Of a stretch of DNA of 64,000 bases, positions 13,100 through 26,600 are shown piece by piece (the stretch's first letter is position 1; each line of letters begins with the position of its first letter). Position numbers and translations under genes: made by a program. A model generated the notes under the pieces. That model had not been told where the DNA came from, ran no database searches, and saw only the letters and a program-made list of their open reading frames with translations. Origin of the DNA: Pocillopora damicornis (taxonomy: Eukaryota); NCBI RefSeq assembly GCF_003704095.1, contig NW_020845410.1:992001-1056000 (forward strand), read 5' to 3'.

Positions 13100-16000
13100 T
13101 GCGAACGCTGTAAATACTGTTCTAAACTAAAAAATAAATTTAAAAAAATGTCAGATCAATACTAACGTCATCATCCCAAAAGGCACCAAACTCTGATTTT
13201 CATTAAACGTCTTATAACACCTTTTCTCGATATGGAGAGTTTTTCGCGAAGTAACTTCTGCTCGCCGAAAGAAAAAACCTATGACTTTCGCAAGGCAGCT
13301 GAACACTTCCGAGCTGGCAACTTTATCCACTCTATTTCAAGAGCCTAATGTAAAGTTCCTTTGCTAATGGATTATAAACGACCCTGCCGGGCTAGATGAT
13401 ACGTGCCAGTTGCCGTATCTCTAATACATATTCATGTTTTTCGAGTTCTGACTCCCTGATTGAATTGTCTCGGGGGTATGAGCCGAGCGTGGAAAGAGAA
13501 AGGTGCAGATTCCATTGTCTGCGTCGGAGTAAGTTTAGTCGACAGTCGTTATGTTGTAAACGACAGAAATCTTGCCATCATTCACAAGTGTAACACAGTT
13601 TAGAACATTACTGCTTATATTGTTGCAAACTGAGTAGGAAATTGTGTCGAGGTGTTTAGATACGTATTTTTTCAGTTAGTCTTAACGGCCTCTAGTGGTT
13701 ATTTAATATTCTTGTCTATTTAGGTTAAACGTGTTAAAAAAAAATTGAAGCAAGCCTTGAATAATTTGTTTACAAGAAACGATGGCGTTAAAATTGCTTG
13801 CTAGCACATTTCTTGGACGGACGTGCTTGCTCTGGAGCCAAGGGCACCGTGTATGGCTGAAATCACGTTAGATTCTCCAATATCGTACATAGATGATCAG
13901 ATTAGATGTCGATTTAAAGGAGATATTGTTCAAGACCAAAATTTTCACTTAGAACCATTGCGTGTTTACAAGAAAGAATACTATAACATAGGTGATCTCC
14001 TGATGAACAATGAATAAAAACTGTTCAGTTATACAGAAAATACTATCGTTACAACATGGTATGTTTGTGTCAAATATGTTAAGCAAACATCCCTCATCGA
14101 ACTGAATGTACTTCGTAGCTGGTGAACACTTTGAAGCAATATTACTAAATAGTTTAACAATTCAGTATTATCCTCATTTGAAACGTGTATTTTCATGAAT
14201 GATATTTTCATGCAGTGTCTAGTTACCTACCGTCGTATTCTGTGTGTTGTAAAAGTAGTTCCAGCAGTTTTTCGGGGTTGTAGACTTTCACTGGCGTGAT
14301 TAAGAAGTTGTTTATATGTTTTTAAGGTCAAAGTCGATTGGCTTCGCGTCGTTTCACCACAAAACAAATCTACATCAGTCACACATCGTGAATTCGTTGT
14401 TTTAACTGCCAAGTATTTGTCAAATTGTAGTCCATGCATTGCAAATTAACAATGTGTGAAGAGCTACGTTATGCTTCACAGGAAGCTCACGCTATCAGTT
14501 GCCATGGTAAAATGCATAAGTTTCAACATGAAAACTCCTAACTTTTTAAGGGAACTTAAATATCAGCTACAAAATTTTTGCCAGAGTAAACTTACGATTT
14601 TTGGCGTTTTTTTCCAGCAGATTCGCAAGGTTGGTTCCGGCAAGACGAAACGAAAACAATAGCAAAATTATAAATGACGTATTTAGTCTTGCCCAGAAGG
14701 GTTGGAACAGACGGGCGGAAGTCAATGACAGTTTAACACAATACACATCAATGTCCCATGGCTACCTCAGCTACTTCAATAAAACGTGCATTATTTCCCC
14801 CGGTTTTTTTTCCCACGCAATTACTGAATTCCGCCAAAAACACGTTTCGTCAGAAACTGATTGCGTTTTTCAAAAAACTGAATAAAACCGATGAGCCTAG
14901 TTCTTGCGTGTGAATGGGGAAAACCAAATAAAAAAAAGGTTAATGTAAACTCATTTGCCACAGTCCTGATACATGCTGTTAAAAATTCACTCATCTTGTG
15001 GTTTGTCAAAAATGCAGAATATTTGAAAAACCCAAAATACACAAATTGAATTAGAGAGAGTTTTGCTACACTCCTTGCAATTTGATTCGTAAGTTTGATG
15101 ACAAGAAGCAGGCTTCACCTCTTCTGAAATAACAGCTAACAAACGATAAAAACAAAATGGTTGTGTGAAATTGTCAAAATTGTTCTAAAATTGTCCATTA
15201 TCGTATAAAAATCACCTTATTGTTGTGTAGATGGAAAATTTCAGTTGACAGCCTGTTGGCTATACAGTGTTCAAAGAATTCCCTTTAGCAAACCGGTTCA
15301 GGCTGCGCAACGACGAAAAAATATATTCGTCGAATTTGATACGTATAAAAAAAACTGAAAGGTGATTTCAAAACGAATCCCGCATTGAAAAACAAAAAAA
15401 CAAAAAAAAAATACGAAAAAACAGAATGTATTAAAATTCATGATGTCTTACAGGCACAAATTATACTTAGCTATTCGAAACTATTGTAAAATATTGACAC
15501 AACCTTTACTGAAAAATACTTTTATGACTCTATCTTGTATCATAAATGCAAAATTACATAATAAATAAATGCAACTCAGGGTTTTTTTTGTTTAATTCCA
15601 CGCGTGTCATAAACTGTATTTTTTGAAACCGCTACGAAGTTTGCCTTGCGAACCGCGGCCAGGTGAATCGTATGAATTAGCTTACATGTTGAAGGCACAA
15701 TGTAAACGACTGTGAGTTTTTCAAAACATATTTGACCTTCCTTCTTCGTTGTTGAGATTCTCTGTCACTCATTTACATGTAACAAACACGAATCTGGGTA
15801 AATACATTTTTACAATTAAATCCAAAAAATTTTTGTTTGTTAGTCTGAAGTTAATTTCTATGTAAGAAAACAATGCTACATAACTCAGCGTAAGTGTTAC
15901 TATAAGTAGTGCTATTGCGTGTTTAGTGCTATTGCCTAATTCTTACTTACCGAAATATTTCTTGTGGTTTATATCCATGTAAAGCGTATTCTGTATTCTG

Positions 16001-19000
16001 TATTCTGCCGAACTTAGGCACACATGTATATCCCAGGTGTAATATGCAAAAATGACGATTTCGAAATGTACCGATCATTTATCTTTCTCGAAAATTGGAC
16101 AATGACCTATACTTTAAACTTTTACCCTGTTCGATGTTCCGGTGTTCTGCGCTTCCGGTGCACTAGCTTCGATGCTCAGAGTTCAAGAGCATATTACCGA
16201 TAACGTTGCCTCAATAGCTGATCTCTAGGCAAATATTATATAATGTTACAAGCTGATTGTGTTCATTTTGCAAATAACTTGTTTTTTTCCGACACGGAAC
16301 TGGTAAGGACAAGCATTCAATTTAAAATTTTAATATCGAAAAATAAATTTCATAGAGGACTTGATAGCAGCAGGTATTAGGGTATTGACGTCATATTCTT
16401 TATGTCGGTGTATGTAGATTTTTAAAACAATGTCGGAAGTTTCAATAGACATAATATCAAAGCGAAACTCCAAACAGTGGCTTTGACGTCAATTATTTCG
16501 CAACATTTGACACGCTTGAGCGATTACCCCACAGAGTTTACAACACAACGATTTCGAAATTTTTTCGCCTTTATAGATCGCCCTGTTTTTTAAAAACGAA
16601 AATGAAAATCTCTATATTTAAGCAATTTACCTTGGACTTCCTTGTATTCAAGAGTATGAGAGTTCAGGTTGGAAAAATTTCAAGTTTTGAAAGTTAACTC
16701 AAACTGTACGTGATCTAAACACTACCTGTAGATCTACAGAATTTGTGATAAGCGCATTAACATTTTTGTAAAAAATAAAAAATGTAAGCAGTAAGAAATA
16801 ATGTTTTTCGAAGACAGAACATCGCCTACTGAGTGTCAAACACTTACCGTCAATAGATGCTGTCAAACAACAAATCCTTCCGATTACTTGCTTAATTTTC
16901 GATATGGGAAACTTTTTGCATTGCAAGGACTTACATCGAGATCCTTTATCAAATGAGGGTATTGTTATATAATCGTAGTGATATTTGTGCGATTTTGCAT
17001 CAATATTTCTCGTAAGTAATGCAAATGAACCTTTCTGTGTTTTTGTTTTGTTTTGTTTTTTTAAGAAACAAAATTCCCGCCCTGCGAAGGTCACCGCGAA
17101 AATATGATCGACGATGGTATAGTTAATTCTGAAAACTCCCACGCATTTTGCAAGTTATCCTTGCAAAAGCGAGAAAACTTACCGACCCTACCCTACTCAG
17201 AGGACTGAGTTAGTGTGGCTAAAGCCAGTCGATGGAAAGAACGGGACGGATTGATTAGCAAGTTTTGGCAAATGGAAACTGGCCTCAGATTGAGGATTCT
17301 GCGGCCAAGAAGCGCAGATACGAAAAATTTAGATGAGTTCATCCCTGAATATTGGAAGCTAATGTAGTTCGAAATTTGTTTTGATCTGGTTAGATCTCCT
17401 GAGGAATTGGAAGATCTAAGCGATAGTTATACAATCACCTTATTTTCTCTTGGTTCGGATCTTTTTCTGGATCATATCCATAGCAGAGCGGCACAACCAT
17501 TCAACTAACCGAACATTTTCATCGGTTCACCAGCGTAATGACCCACATAGAACAGTGAAAAACCGGCTTTTGGAGTGTTTCCGAAATATCCAATTTGTGA
17601 CATTACGACGGTAAGCCCTCAAAGATGCGGTATTTCGCTTTTCTTTTCTGTTCCCTTGCAGCACATTAGCAATAAATTGGAAGATTTTAGGACTTTAAGT
17701 TTCCTATGAGTTTACCTTAACAGTGGAAAAAAAAAGGTTTTAACCAATCCAGCTCCTGTGGTTTGTAACTAAATATAGGAAGACCCTTCTCAACTCATCA
17801 GATCATCTGCTGAAAGGATGGCTTCCAAAAGATCTCTAGTCCTTTAAGCTATGGCTTGAGTGCCAGCGACCTGCAAGCGTGATTTCCGTTTTTCATAGCC
17901 CGCATAGCTTGCGGTTATGTCTACACTTTGAGACGTTGAGCGGTGGAATCTCGAAAGGTTTGCGATGGAGAAATAAAAGCTCGAAGTTTCTTTTATTGTT
18001 TTCGCGGCTCCGCCGTTTCGATTTCCGTGGAGCTCCCATAAGACACGGCCAGCTTTTCTGGCTACGTGCACCTTTGCTGGTGTTTGGCGTTCTTCCAATT
18101 CCTGTTGGCCATTTCTCCTAATCCTCCTTCTACCCAGTTGCAGCTACGTATGACGCACCATTTTCGGCCGGCCTACTCGTTTTGATATCTCACCGGTGAC
18201 TGTATACGTACTGGTGTGCCCGAGCGAACTGTTCGAGAGATCTGATCGAGCGAACTCATTCAGTCATTAGACTCAGCAATGCTTCTCAGCTTGATGGAAC
18301 CTTAGAAAACGACTGAGATATCGTATTTACCTTAACACCGCACCCCGTTTTCCACCAACGCCTCGTTTCTGGTTAAGAAAGCACAAAATTGAAGATAGAT
18401 TACGTTGGGTAGTGTCTCATCTGCGGTTGAAGCCTCGCAGGTATTAGCGCCAAAACGAAGCGGACGCCGACAATCAAAAAGAGGTGTAGTAATGAGGTCA
18501 CGGGTTTGATTTTATCGTTCTGAAAACGTGATCATTCGCTTGTTCCTTTTCAGGTTTCGACATTATTACCTTTTATATTTCTTTCGTTCTGTTTTGATTA
18601 ATGTGATAACTTATTATTATATGAAAAATAATTTTTCATGGTTTCATAATCTTTTGAAGGAATTGTTTTAGGTTATTTTGGGTCACATAGAACACCGTGG
18701 CCGGTCCGCTCGTACTTGTTCTTAATCGCTTCACCCGGCTTCAAGTCCAAGGCTCCAACGCTATTTAAAAGCCTGACCTTGATTATTTTCTTTGTTTGTT
18801 TATTTGTTTCGTTTTTCATCTTTAAAGTGCCCGGCTATTACACATCGACACATACCAAATTATTCCAAGTGAAACAAAGTTTGCGGTTACGTAATAATTT
18901 CCGGGTTATCAAAACAGAAAAAATGGATTAATCCATAAGCTTCTGAGTATCACACCACTTAACTTTTTTTCATTTCTCACAGAATTAGTTTAATACACTT

Positions 19001-22000
19001 AGTAAGCTGTAGTTGCAAAATGAATATATGAATTTCATGTGCTCCTCGATAACTAAAGGTATGAAATGACGAATTTCCGTGCATGGTTTCAAAACGCATT
19101 CGGACAAAAAGGAAAATTTGGAAAAAAATGTAACGAATACATAGTTGAATGAAAGAAGAACTTAATTTACTTAAGAACCAAAAACAATTAAATTTTAAAC
19201 CTTTTTTAAAAATTGGCAATATTTATAGCTGTCTAAAAATTTTCAGTTTGATCTTGTTAATCTTCTCTAATCCGCCTCCCGTGCATTTTTTATTTAAAAA
19301 AATATCAAAAAAATTGCCATCACAGTGAAGTTTTTAAAGTGTATTTTGCTTTGCAAGATGCACATTTTCCTTTTCTTATAAATACCACCTAGGAATATCA
19401 ATGGAACAGATAACGAAAAAATTTACCGCAAAGTGACCCAGAACTATTTTAGTCGAGAGCAAATCTGGTGTCATGTCTAAGATTTACCATTTTTTTCTTA
19501 ATCCATCATGCAGTTGTGGGTTTTCAGAAGCTATTGTCGTGCAAGCGACAAGAAATGCACGTGGCAACGAGCTTATTCATGCACGGTCATTGCATAATGC
19601 ACCTTTACCCTCCAGAAGCCACCTCTCGCAAAGAAATATCAGGCCGCGTGCAAATTACGAGGCAGATCCAGCACAAGATATCGGAAATGCCATTGATAAA
19701 ATTAAGCGCATGCAGCATTTGCGCTTCTGCATATCTGACGTGAGCAATAACTAGGCCCAGTTGCTTTCATAACACGCTGTAAGAACTACGACTGTCCATT
19801 ACTATGTTAGTTCAAGGGGAAATCGTGACAGCTAACTTCCTTTAAGTGAAAGACGCTCTGAGTACGCTGTGTAAATATTGACAAGATACTCTTATCAGCG
19901 GAAATGGAATGAAGTTTTTTTTATGAGTTTTGTAATTCGAAATTAGCCGACAGAGCGAGTGCTAGGAACTGGAAGTTTTATCTTCACAAAATTATATCGC
20001 GAAATCTAATTAACAATGCGACATTTAAATGATGATCGTCTGAGGTTATCAATTTTCAATCATTTTAATTTTTATGATTGGTTATGTCGGCAAATCCAGA
20101 TCGCCATACCAAACAAGCCTGCACGCAAACATGAATACAACAGCTTAGAACTCTTAAGATTCCCCTACCTTTTCAGTTGGAGTCCCTAAGCCCAGATCCA
20201 CATTGTAGTAGCAGTGCTTGGTCTATTAAGACTTCTCAATCTCAAAACATGTTATTTTCATTCAGCCTGGCGAGGGACGCATATACACAACGAATTATGT
20301 CACAGACATGTCGGAATAACATATCAGCCCCCACATCAGTCGTGCGATACGAGATTTGGCAGTGTCCCAAGCTGTCAAAAACTTTTGACGTTTACCCAGA
20401 GTGATTGACACACACCCGACCGGAGATCGTAGAAAAACGAGAGTAAAAGAACATGCCGCTCGCTGTTCCACGCCAAATGTTTGTTGTGATTATCAAGTGA
20501 CAAGACCCTCAGTTTGGCAGAACCAACTAAGCCCAGTTTGGGTGGCCAAATCGAACACCAGATCGTTCCTGAATAGGGTCTTTGAGTCAAGAAATTGCAC
20601 TTTGAAAAACTGGTGTCCTGGAAAAGATAAGGTTTGTATGTGCTATTTGGTAATAAGTGAAATAATGTTTGCGTGAGTAACGCTGTAACTAATTCGCGAC
20701 AGACTTACACTATTAGAATGTTATCATAACTTTGACACACATGTACATCTTAACACTGTCTCTTTCTTTTTTTTTTCAATCACGTTTTTTCCTTTGTCGA
20801 GAAATAAGGAGTGTCCGATTCAAATCATTCTCTGTGCAGTATTCAACAATGAATTTGACGCTCATTTCATTTGAATTTTTCTTATTTTTCCTTTTTTGTC
20901 AAAACGGATTTACTAGTAATCACTGAGTATTAAGCGACGTCAATGTCACGAACACCTCAAGCGTATTCTTTACATTTCTGCCTTTTTTGTCTGGAGACTA
21001 TCCATATCAGTGCAGCAAAGAGGCACAACCTTACGATAAAAGAGCATTCTATATCGATCAGCTCTAATCCTCTTCTGCTTTAAAACGGTTTTCACTTCCG
21101 CGCCTCCATCCAATTACGATATTTAACATAACGTTTTATTTTCTAACACGCATGCAAACAAGAGGAAACAATTTCTTCACAAATAAAGTTTTTCGAATTT
21201 TAAAGTTCTAAAGATTACATTCTCAGCCTGGATGCTATACCTTGCGACATAACACGTATTTTTTTCGTAATCGTTGAGTGGTTAATTTCAGCCGCGGAAA
21301 GTTTATACTGTAAACAGTTATTACATTGTGACTTTTGAGTTGTTAACTGTGCCTTGCTCATCAGCACCTCGGAGGGCGGGTCCTAACCTATCTCATTGAA
21401 GCCAAATTCCTTCTCGTACTTTCTACTGATATAGATATCGAAAGAAAAGATTAACTGTTAACTCTTCAATTTAAGAAAAGCCGTCTCTGTTGCTTATAAG
21501 GGGCTATTCATGTGCTATCTGCGGGAGTTTATTCACCAATTAATCTGGCGTAAAACATTTACGAAAGGAATGTTTCCCTATACACATAAGAAGTCTTTAG
21601 AAATATTGTTCTAAGCTCCTATTGTTTCTTTGAAATTGCCGACACAGCCGGATCTTGCGTGCAGTTTGGCAGGGATAAAAAAACAAAAGTTTTTCTTTTA
21701 GTCTCCATGCGGAAATATCAGCAAATTGAATAAAAGGAAAACTAAAGCGGATGGTTTTCTCTGTGGCAAAGTTATCGTTTTTGTTGCACCATATTTAGCC
21801 AGTAATCAGCCTATTCGTAGATCTAGGTATTTACTCAGCTAAATTCCAACACTTTCGTTCCGGGGTATTAATAGTAAGGCTTTAAAGATAACAAATCTTT
21901 ATTTGCTTGTGACATAACTTTTAAATCTATCTGCAATACGAAGCCGTCCTTTTGTTAAATACCTGCTTAATCATATGATAGAGGAAGTTCTTAAACCTCA

Positions 22001-23639
22001 TCTCATTGATGCCCTCTGGCTGGCATATTCGTCACAAAATTGCTTGGTATTTCCACATCAATGCATAATTGATTTCAATTTGGCTTCACTTAAGACGAAT
22101 CACAACTTTTCCGCTTTTCAACACATGGAAAAAAAAAAAAAGCCATGACGATTTCGCTCATTGCATCCAAGGAGACAAATTATTTATTACTGACCCATTG
22201 TGTTAAAATGTGTCAAGGAAGTCGCTTCTCACTGCGGCAAAGCTATCAACTTATCATTCAGCGGATTGCCCTTTCCCTGGGCTCAGTTTTCCTTGGAAAA
22301 TACGACCCTTATCAAATTGTCCAATTTCCGGCTGAAACAATAAACTTGGCAGTTCATCAACTCATCTCACGAGTCTGAACTTTTTTGGTCTTGAAACGCG
22401 AGTCTTTTGTCATTCAAAATAGAATGACGTACATCTGGAGGGACGAAAATTTCAACCATGTAGTAGGATTAGCAATAAAGTAATACTGTCCTGCATAGTG
22501 GGCAGAAAAAATGTCGAGTACTCTCACAATCATTGACCGCGCGTATCTGCTGCAGTAGTAGATACGTATCGAATATTTGGTAGGTTTTGTCTTTAATTGA
22601 TTTTTTCATCGAATTATTAATGATACTTACTTATTTTTACCAAAAAAATCGGGTATTTGCGAATGAAAGAGTTCTCTAAGGAAAACTCCTATAAAACTTA
22701 ATTTGATTTTATTGGAAAAGCATAAGTTTTAGATTGTACATCGTCAAATTCCACATTGGACTCGAAATGCTAGTCACTTTGAGAGGTTTTGTGAATGTTA
22801 TCACAAAAATGCGTACAGCTTTCATTTAATAGGATGTTGACCACACATGAGGGCTTCATTATTGGCCTAGCTGACAGACTCGTGGAATTTCTCAGGCAAA
22901 GACTGGAAAATCGCTGAGGTTCCTCTGGTTGTAACATCAAATTGTAATAGTGTTTGAATTGAATAAGAGCGCTCTGCATTTCAAAGTAGTGAGAACTAAA
23001 ATTTGAGCAGTGCTACCTAAACTAATTTGCATGTAGTTCAAGAATGCCGTTGTTTACAGTCAGTACTTCATTCATTAGGTTTTTTTTAACCTATTACGCC
23101 CGTGATTATTATGCAAGGTGGCAATTCATTGAGAAAGAATACTTCTATTCTTGACGTTTCTGTCGCAATTTTTAAAGGTTTGTTGATTTAGCGTCAAAAA
23201 ATTACATTTTGTTTAGTTATCCTCTATTTTGTCTCCCGAGGAGACTGCCCTCGTCGGTGCAGCTTATCTTCGTTGTTTTGTTACTGAGTGATAGATGTTA
23301 TCTATGTTAGCGTCGTTTCAAACAGGATTACGACAGCGATAGATACAAGTTTGAGAGACCCGAAACACATAGATGATTTAAGCACATAAACTCCGTAACA
23401 GTTACGACCAAATTTAGGTAGCAAAGAGTTTACTACGACGTTTACTATTAGCGACAGACATCTGTTGGACAAAGTTTTAATTGATAGTGAGAATTTGTCA
23501 GTTATGTTTTTTTATTTTCTAAATACAGATAAGCAGAGAATTTGATTTTATCATATTTTTTCATGATATATTGAAAAAATGCCATTCTCTGTTTGTTACA
23601 ACTTCTTGTTTCAGTTTTCCTGAACGTAAAGGCACGAAA

Positions 23640-26600
23640 ATGGCGCGAAATGGGGTGGCGTTCACTGCTCATTTTCCCGCCAGTCAGGCATCTCTGCAAA
23701 GCACTGCGCCGCACAGTTCCAAGAATTTTGCATTTACTTACGACGACTTATACAACTGTTTGTATCGCCACAATGAGCTACAACTAATCGACATCGAAGC
23801 ATTCAAAGCACAAAGAAAATCAAGTCAAACAGACGCGGAAAAACAAAAGGAAACGACTAGTAAGTTAACAAAACAAACCATTTTAATCTTTACAACATTG
23901 CGTGCCAAATTATAAATGTCCTATAGTACTTAATAACGATATTACCTCGAATTCAATCTTGTATTCAGCAAATTTGTCTTGCATTAATCTTATTGCTGCT
24001 GTCAATTTGTGATCTTAAGGCTTTTTGCAAGTTGATCCCTCTATGCATTTTTTTTGTCTCATAAAAACAAACTGTGGAGAAACAGCATAAAAATGAACAT
24101 CGATAACTTGCGCTCGAGAAATGGGTGCGAGTCATCTTAACCGCAAAAGCAATACAATTGTTGTTTTTTCGAAACCCAATTTTCCGGTTTAAACCGAAAG
24201 GGAAGTGAATTGTGAGTATTTGCTGGTTGCAGGGGAAGACCCCCTGAAGTAGAATGTTATGATTACACAAGTACCGCATTAAACACGAGAAACTAGAATA
24301 TTCGAAGGAAAAACATCGGTTTTCTTATAAAATAGACTTTGTTTGTTGTGGTGATAAAAATAGTACCTGTTAATCTTTATTCTACCGCCAGACATACCAT
24401 GGTGAAAGTGGTTTTTGTCCATTGTCTACAACAGTGTTGCTATAACAGGAATTGTAATTACTTCCTTCTTTAAGGAGAGGATCTTCTTAAAGGCAAAAAT
24501 CTAAAATTGAACAGATTTTCTTTCATAGTTTCCAAATTCTGGTCATGTTCACTTAGCCCGCCCAACTGGACGACTAAATCACCCTTGAAGCTTGCTTGAA
24601 CCGATATACCACTTAAGGTCACGACATTTCCGGCAAGCGGAAACTTCGGCAAATTTTGTTTTATCATCATTGCATTGAAAATCCCCACGATGCAAGATTT
24701 GGTGGGCGGAGCTACCATGGCGCGCGAGCTCACACAGATGACAGAACGCTTTGTTGAAATTTTTCACATTTTTCAATTACGTGTCTGGAGATAACTCTTC
24801 GTATCCAATGTCGGAAGAAGCTTTGCCAATGTCGGTACCTTTGAAGCTTTATTAAAATCTTTCGTTAACAGTGTTTTCTTTATTTTAAAGTGAATAGTTC
24901 TGGCAATCACCCCGATTTTGAACTAACCTTTACAATCACTATTGGAAAAGAAAGATTGCGAAAAAAAATGAAGAGAGGGGGGAGGGGGGGAAGGTACTCC
25001 CAAGCAATATTTCGACCTCACGCTGGGGGCTCTGTTTTGGAACTGAACTGTCACAATGTTCCGTCCGTTTTGTGTCTTCCTTTCTTTTGCTTTGTTAAAG
25101 TAATTCCCTGACAATGTGTCTCTTTTAGTTCCCTCAACAAAGCTTTTTTTTCTGAAAAACTTACTGAACAATCTTATGTTAAACGGTTCTGAACTGGGTC
25201 AAAAGCTTTCTTCGTATAAGTCATGACCATGATTCACAGAAGAGCCTTTTCCTGAGCACTACTGTGTATTCTAAGAGAATGCTGAAGCCACGAATGTGAC
25301 TGCCATTACGTGATTATGGCCTAAAAATGATTAGTCTTGTATTTGTATCGTGGCTGTTGTTTATAATGGCTAACTTACCTCTTGCACAAATATTTTTCTT
25401 CTGAATTTTGAGCCATTTTCGTTTTGTGAGAATCTTTTACCAAACGGAAAACGTGGTTGAATCCATTTTTTAAGGGATCAAAGGTCAATTTTTTACTGGC
25501 ACCATCTGATGTTGTGCTCTAATGATTATAACATTTTAATCAGGAAAAAAGCGTTTCCCCTCCTGATAAAACTGAACACGTATAATTCAGATTGTAAACA
25601 TATGTTAGCCAAAGGTAATTTGCGTGGAATGTGGCAAAAACTTTCCTGTCTTACTTCCTAACTTAATTCACTCCTCTGGACAGTCTCTTTTTGTGTTGTG
25701 ATTTTGGATTTGCTCCAAAAGTTTCGTTTGTCTGCCAAAACAAACCACGTCCGGGAGATAACTGAGGGTGGGAGAGGGGGTGAGTGGGGGACTCCATACC
25801 CAGGGGGCTGGGAGTCTGTGCTACCAACACATACGCTGCTTGTACAGTAATGAAAAATGCCTTTGTTGCGGTGGAGAAATAACATGACAATTTTTCCTTT
25901 TTGTATTCGTAGACTGTGATGCATGTCGTTCAAAGCAAGACGCATGTCCAGTGCACAAAGTTCCAAATTCTGGAAGGAAACTTCTTATTCCAGGACAGAA
26001 ACAACCGGTCAAATTTAGTTACGCCATAGCGTCCTTTCCAGAGGAAGTGCAGCTCTGTGTGTCAAGTATTCCTGGGGCGGGTTGTGGAGTCTGCGCAAAG
26101 CAACATATTCCTGTGGGCACGTGGATTGGACCATATGAGGGAAAACTTGTTAAATATGATGACGTTAAACCCAATACAGACACCTCTTACATGTGGGAGG
26201 TAAGTCCCTTATTTTGAAACCAAAAAGGAAGTCAAAATCGAAGTATCTGAGGGAGAATGTAGTAGGAAAATGGACACTGTATTTAATTTACTAAAATCTT
26301 GACTGAAATGTAATTTCTTTCGACCCTTAGGACTGCTTCACCTGTGTGTGTGTGTGTGTGTGTGTGTTTTTTTTTTCTTGCAGTTAGACATGTGTTGTCT
26401 AGGTTACCATTAGTTACAGAGTCATAACTACTTTATTTTTGCACCGATCATTTGCAGATTTACCAAGATGGCAAGCTCTCCCATTACTTGGATGCCAGCG
26501 ACGAAAACACCTCGAGTTGGATGCGATTCATCCGATGCGCACGATATAGGGAAGAGCAGAACCTCTTCTCGTTTCAGTACTGCGGAAACATCTACTACCG

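Noticed and set aside
19468-20676. Cluster of overlapping 60-95 aa ORFs
   Set aside because: No recognisable domain or consistent exon chain. Such ORFs are expected by chance in GC-richer non-coding DNA.
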